Assembly (NCBI GenBank): GCA_000708835.1
Contig: DF237739.1
Span: 1 to 32,525 of the forward strand
DNA: 32,525 nt
Origin: Klebsormidium nitens
Lineage: Eukaryota; Plantae; Klebsormidiophyceae
Reading direction: 5' to 3'
Made by a program: the position numbers and the translations under genes. The notes under the pieces are model-generated. The model saw only the letters and a list, made by a program, of their open reading frames with translations. It did not search any database and had not been told where the DNA came from. The stretch's first letter is position 1. Each line of letters begins with the position of its first letter. Of this stretch, positions 1-32,525 are shown piece after piece.

Positions 1-233
1 CTGCAAGTCTGCGACTCATAATATCATACACCTGAGATTATGCATGCAACTCCCAAGGGGGAGCAGGAATGAGACATGTAGTCTCGGGATTCCACCAAAG
101 GTGTAACCTTTACACCACCTTCTCTTCGAGAAGTTTTTCACCAGGCGCCTTCGTGCCTCTCCCATGCTCACCAGGAGTAAGAACGTTTCATCTAATGCCA
201 GATATGCGCAGTGATGATCAGAAGAGTGCTTAC

Positions 234-976
234 CGGTCAGACGTGGTGTTCTTGATCTTAGAGACGATGCTGGTAACCACGGACCCCTCCTTCGAAGAGG
301 GGTCGATTGAGCGTTGGGCGCGCTCCACATCCCCCAGAATCTCCTTCAGCATCTCCAGCGCCCCCTCTGCTGTCCCATCGGCAACTTGCCGCATGCCCAA
401 CGTATAGGACCTCTGAACCAGCTCCGTCACCATCCGTCCCCCCCGCTCGACCTTCACGGGCTCCAACCGAGTGAGCTGGAAGCCGGTGAACTTGTCCTGC
501 CATTTGCTTGTCCCGTCCGAGTGAAGGGTGTCGGCTTCCTCCGCTTCGCCCCCAAACACTTCCGCCAGGTGCAGGTGCGACAGCGCCAGCATCTCCCGGT
601 AGAACTCTTTGCAAAGCGACTCCGATGGGAGCTTGCCAAGCTTCCGACCTGCCAGTTTCCAAAGGACCAGCCGGAGCACCCTCTCAATCTGCCCTGACGC
701 CACGTTCAACTCCAACAGCTCGTAGTACACCTCGCGTATCTGCGCTATGTACTGCCCGTTCTCGAAGGTTTTGATCTCTGAGAGGAACTCCTCGAGCCGC
801 TCTCGCAATTGGGCGTTCTCCTCCCGCAACTTCTCCACCTTGATGGCCTCCTGCCGCTCCTTCCGCTGGCAGGCTTTGAGGACGTTGCTGGCCCGCCCCT
901 GGGCCGTCGTAGCTGCAGCTCTTGCGCAATCCAGTTTGGCTTGAAGCACGTCCAGCTCCTCGCGCAGCGATTGGAC
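234..976 (-). CDS. Exon with the end of the coiled coil and the putative transposase catalytic region (D at 517-515, D at 238-236)
   Basis: Open frame VQSLREE...YIAQIREVYYELL...TLHSDGTSKW...SYTLGMRQVADGTAEGALEMLKEIL...IKNTTSDR, bounded by a CAG acceptor and a GTAAGC donor. Confidence 0.7.
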
Positions 977-2722
977 CTGTGAATGCGAAAAGAGGTTCCT
1001 GGATGAGGAACAAAGCTTCTGAATCTGCCACAAAGTCAATCTGTTCCTGACTTCAACCTTGTGTTGCTGGGCTCTAATGATGCAGAAATCGGAAACAGTT
1101 TGCAAGATACAAACGCAACACCTTGTTATGCTGGGAACTGGGAACACTTCAAAAGCTTGGAAGGAGGGACAAAACAACAAGCTTCTGCTCAGTGAGACTA
1201 CCCTTGTAATCACTAAAAGGCAATCCCCTCACAGTATTTCAACGAGCTCACAAGAGTCCATTCAGTTCGGAATCTCACATGAAAATCCCAGCAACTAAGC
1301 AAATCAGACCTGACACAAAAGGATGAACCCACCTGTGCCTCGTGCCGGCTGCTCCGCTTCTTGGCATTGCGCTTCAACTCCGCTACTAACCGCTGTTTAA
1401 CTGGAGGTGATGCATTGAGGCGAGCCCCTTTTTTCAGCAACTTGCTCACTGCGACAGCCTCTAGGGCGGCTGCCAGGTCCGCTTGCGCAAGGTCGACTTG
1501 CTGCTGAGCTGCCGCTAGCTGCAGAATCAGTTCATCGCGCTCCTCAGTGACTACCTTCTCACCAGCAAGTCTAAATGTCAACTCCTCCATCTGATCCTGC
1601 AGCTCCACATTCTCTTCAAAGCTCCATGCAATTTTCTCCTCTAAGATCTCCACCCGACCCTCCACGTCCAAGATTCGCAGCGCGGACGCTTCTCGCAACT
1701 TAGCGAGCTCCTGCTCAAGCTTGTCGACTTCCGCCCTAGCAGCATCTCGCTGCTCGCTAGCAACATCACAAAGCTCTTCAATGTACAGATCTCGATCTGC
1801 AGTAACACGCCGCAAGCGCCGTTGAAGGGTTGCGATTCCGATTGGCTCAGATCGAAGGCTGGGCTTCCCAACAACAAAGAGAGTCTCGTCCTGCTGGCTC
1901 AGGAAAGCTGGTTGAAGCGAGTCTTTGCTTTTGCGGGCAGCAGCGTGGGCAATGCAGAGCCTGGAGAGTTTCATGTCTACACTTTGAGCCTTGCTGGTCC
2001 CAAGACCCGCTGGATCGATCCCTTGGAGAAAGCTCACAACACTGGACCGAGGCTCTCCAGCTCGAACCCATAGTGCCTCTAGCTCTAGGACGATTCGGTT
2101 GGAAAGAGGACAACTTTTTGACAGCACTTTTGACAGTATGTCCTGCCGTATTTCACGGCTCTTCTGAGCCTCCTGCGCGTTGCTGGACGGCTGGAAGAGC
2201 TCTGCCAATGTGCAAGAACTGCTCTCTTCCAGCAAAGAGAGCAACCTAGGATAGCGAGTGCGGAAGTCGTCAACCTGACTTCTTGAGCTGCCAACGCCTG
2301 CCGATTCAGAGGATTGATACTTCTTCACCCGCTCGCCAAGGAAGATGGTCAGCTCTGCCACCTTCCCCTTTGTCTGAAGGCGCTGTACTCTGGCCTGTGC
2401 TGGCACAATTACCCTAGCAAAGAAGTTTGAAAACTTCTCTGGAAGCTTGACCTCTGTGAGAAGGAGAAGGCGCTTGAGGCTTGTTTGAGAATCGGGGGGC
2501 GTTGTTGAGGGGATTCCTAGATAACCCTTGCCAAGAAGGGAGAGCTCTGCCAACTCTGCCAGTTTCTAGAAGCAGCCCATTTGTGGCAGGCAAAGGCTCC
2601 AAAGTCCCAGCCAGCAATGCTGCCACAGTGTCACTCACACATAGAAGGAGGGCAATGAATGTCTGCCAGCCTTCACCAATCGCCCCCGCCAACAGAGGAA
2701 ACTTATCTAAGCATGCTGCCAT
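234..2722 (-). CDS. Spliced gene for a coiled-coil plus DD(E) RNase H-fold transposase-like protein; 3' part continues beyond the left edge. Model: join complement(2639..2722,1333..2565,234..976)
   Basis: ORFs 1213..2553 and 230..1213 join in frame through a phase-0 intron (donor CAG|GTGGGT at 1332, acceptor TCACAG|GTC at 977), giving ...RHEAQ|VQSLREE.... A phase-2 donor CG|GTAAGC at 233 follows ...KNTTSDR. Motifs TLHSDGTSK...YTLG...IKNTTSDR resemble the first two catalytic Asp of DDE transposases (inference). Confidence 0.6.
1333..2565 (-). CDS. Exon encoding about 411 aa: unassigned N-terminal region followed by a long heptad-rich coiled coil
   Basis: Long stop-free frame within ORF 1213..2553. 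Acceptor TTCTAG|AAA at 2566 and donor CAG|GTGGGT at 1332. E/L/A/Q-rich helical sequence from about 1835. Confidence 0.6.
2639..2722 (-). CDS. Candidate first exon (MAACLDKFPLLAGAIGEGWQTFIALLLC) of the transposase-like gene
   Basis: ATG at 2722 and a GTGAGT donor at 2638. A 73-nt phase-0 intron joins it in frame to 2565. No homology support. Confidence 0.35.
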
Positions 2723-3496
2723 CCTGCCATTGACATTAGCACCTCCTAAAGCCTCCTTCCCCTTCCCTTGACCTTATAGTGAACCGCTTGCCAACCAGCT
2801 CTCTTGCCAGCACAATGCAGGCTGCCTGCATGCCCACCCTGGTGGCACTTTGACCAGCTGTGCATTGAGCACTGGCCCCAGCAGACGCAATGATGATTCA
2901 GGCGCCATGGGGGTGGCCCAAGGGACCCTGCTTGACCCGTGGAACAAACAGAAGGGCCCTGTGTAGAAGGCCTTCAGCCTTAGATGCACCTGTAAGAGCT
3001 GCTGAATGTTGTTGCAGCCTGATAGCAAGGCCTTCCCAGTATTCCACGGCCTGGCATGTAATTGCCTTGACACCAGCTTTCAAGAACTTCAATCAGATCA
3101 GCTTTTGATGGACTGTGCTCAGTGCATGAGTTCTGCAAAGATTCTGCCTGGTGGGGCCTGGTGTTGGCAGCCATTGTCAATTTCGTTACATTTCAAGTCG
3201 ATGTCAAGTCTTGGGCTACGCGGCCAAAATCTGACTCAGTGGACCGTGAGTAGACCCCCAGACTCATCGATTGCCTGAGGCTGGCCTCTCTACTGTTGGT
3301 GTCTCGATTTTGAGAAAGTGAGCAACTTGATTGGCTCAGGTGTGCTGCAATTCGCGTCCCCCAATCACTTCGTGCAAAGGACCAGAGGTGCAGCCGCCTG
3401 TATCTAGAAGGTGGCTTCTACCTGCTTCAAGCTTGCTGTGCGACTCCTCCCCAGGCACGATGACGTGACCGCCATCACCGCTGAGCCCGCGCTTGC
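2723..3496. promoter_or_regulatory. Short divergent intergenic region between the transposase-like gene and SMG1 (likely holds the SMG1 promoter and 5' UTR)
   Basis: Position between two head-to-head start codons about 775 bp apart. No specific element identified. Confidence 0.3.
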
Positions 3497-31710
<28,214 letters not shown>

Positions 31711-32525
31711 AACTGCCCTTAAACATCGTATCGGCTTCGAAAAGTGGTTAGGACACCATGGAGGCGGGGCCTTGCCCTTGGGTAAGTAGGTATGGGCCAG
31801 ACCTTTTAACTGCCGCAGCCTGCAACTTACAACCATTTAAGCTGCAGCAAGGCCGCTCCTGGCCGGATCCGGTCATGACATGCGATGGCACTTGCACATG
31901 CATAGCCGGTTGCCGCACTGAGGCTCACTTAAGCGTCCGACAATGATCCGATCGCATGCAAGCCAGCTTTGCGGTAGCATATGTATATGGGGTAGGAGCC
32001 GGGCCCTTCCTCCCCTCCCGTTGACGCACTGAATAAGTGTCAAATCTTAGCGACAGGCCCAAGTATATAAAATCGTTGATAGATACAAGGTACAGACCTT
32101 TATGTATTTACTTCGTTAGTACCGGTAGTCTAGTATATTGCTACAGGTTGTAAGGTTGAATTGAACGCCAAAAATGGTCATCAATAGGTGGAGATGGCCC
32201 AGCCGCCCGTGATTTTTGATGAGTCCGACTGGTCATCATGCAAGAAGAGTACACTTTTCCTCTTCCTTTTGGGCCATACCGGAAGAAACCATTGCATGGA
32301 TTGCAATCTGTCGAATGGCACCTAGTGACTCTACTCGGTCGGACCACATGCAAATTGCAATTGCCGGACAAGCGTTTGGAGGATGGGGCATACATGTAAG
32401 TCACTTAGAAGCTAGCCTGGACCATAGGTTTCAGGCAGCCTAAGTCCATGGCTCACTAGCTAGAACGCCATTCAAGGCTGAGCCTGGGCTGCAACCTTGC
32501 AAGCTTAGTACGGTATTCGCCACTG

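Noticed and set aside
100-116. Small hairpin GGTGTAA-CCT-TTACACC
   Set aside because: A 7-bp stem is expected by chance in 32 kb and has no supporting context.
117-157. Possible mini-exon GTKAPGEKLLEEK continuing the transposase after SDR
   Set aside because: The acceptor context is weak (GGAG, no pyrimidine tract). The TTGCAG at the window edge is an equally plausible acceptor and the two cannot be distinguished.
2774-3278. Short ORFs between the two divergent genes
   Set aside because: No homology or convincing splice sites. They might hide further 5' exons of the left gene, but this cannot be supported.
32141-32443. Short ORFs at the right end (32141..32404 minus, 32216..32443 plus)
   Set aside because: No recognisable domain, weak coding composition and no clear splice structure. 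Probably 3' flank or intergenic DNA.

Overview
Eukaryotic, intron-rich genomic DNA with GC-rich exons. It resembles a streptophyte green alga such as Klebsormidium, but that is inferred from composition and protein style, not verified. About 28 kb is one plus-strand gene, SMG1, the PIKK-family nonsense-mediated decay (NMD) kinase. I could reconstruct it by hand as 16 GT-AG exons with consistent phases (3497..31710, 12,576 nt, 4,191 aa), from HEAT repeats through the kinase domain to the FATC terminus. Its two long introns (7 and 12) each carry a heavily decayed antisense Ty3/Gypsy pol remnant with local duplications. Divergent from SMG1 and running off the left edge is a spliced gene that fuses a long coiled coil to a DD(E)-type transposase-like domain. 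The most unusual observations are: (1) that transposase-like gene; (2) a triplicated SMG1 exon-3 splice acceptor whose two upstream copies lead to premature stops, a possible NMD-autoregulatory poison acceptor; and (3) 11 exact TGACGTCA palindromes, all inside SMG1 exons and in two different reading frames.
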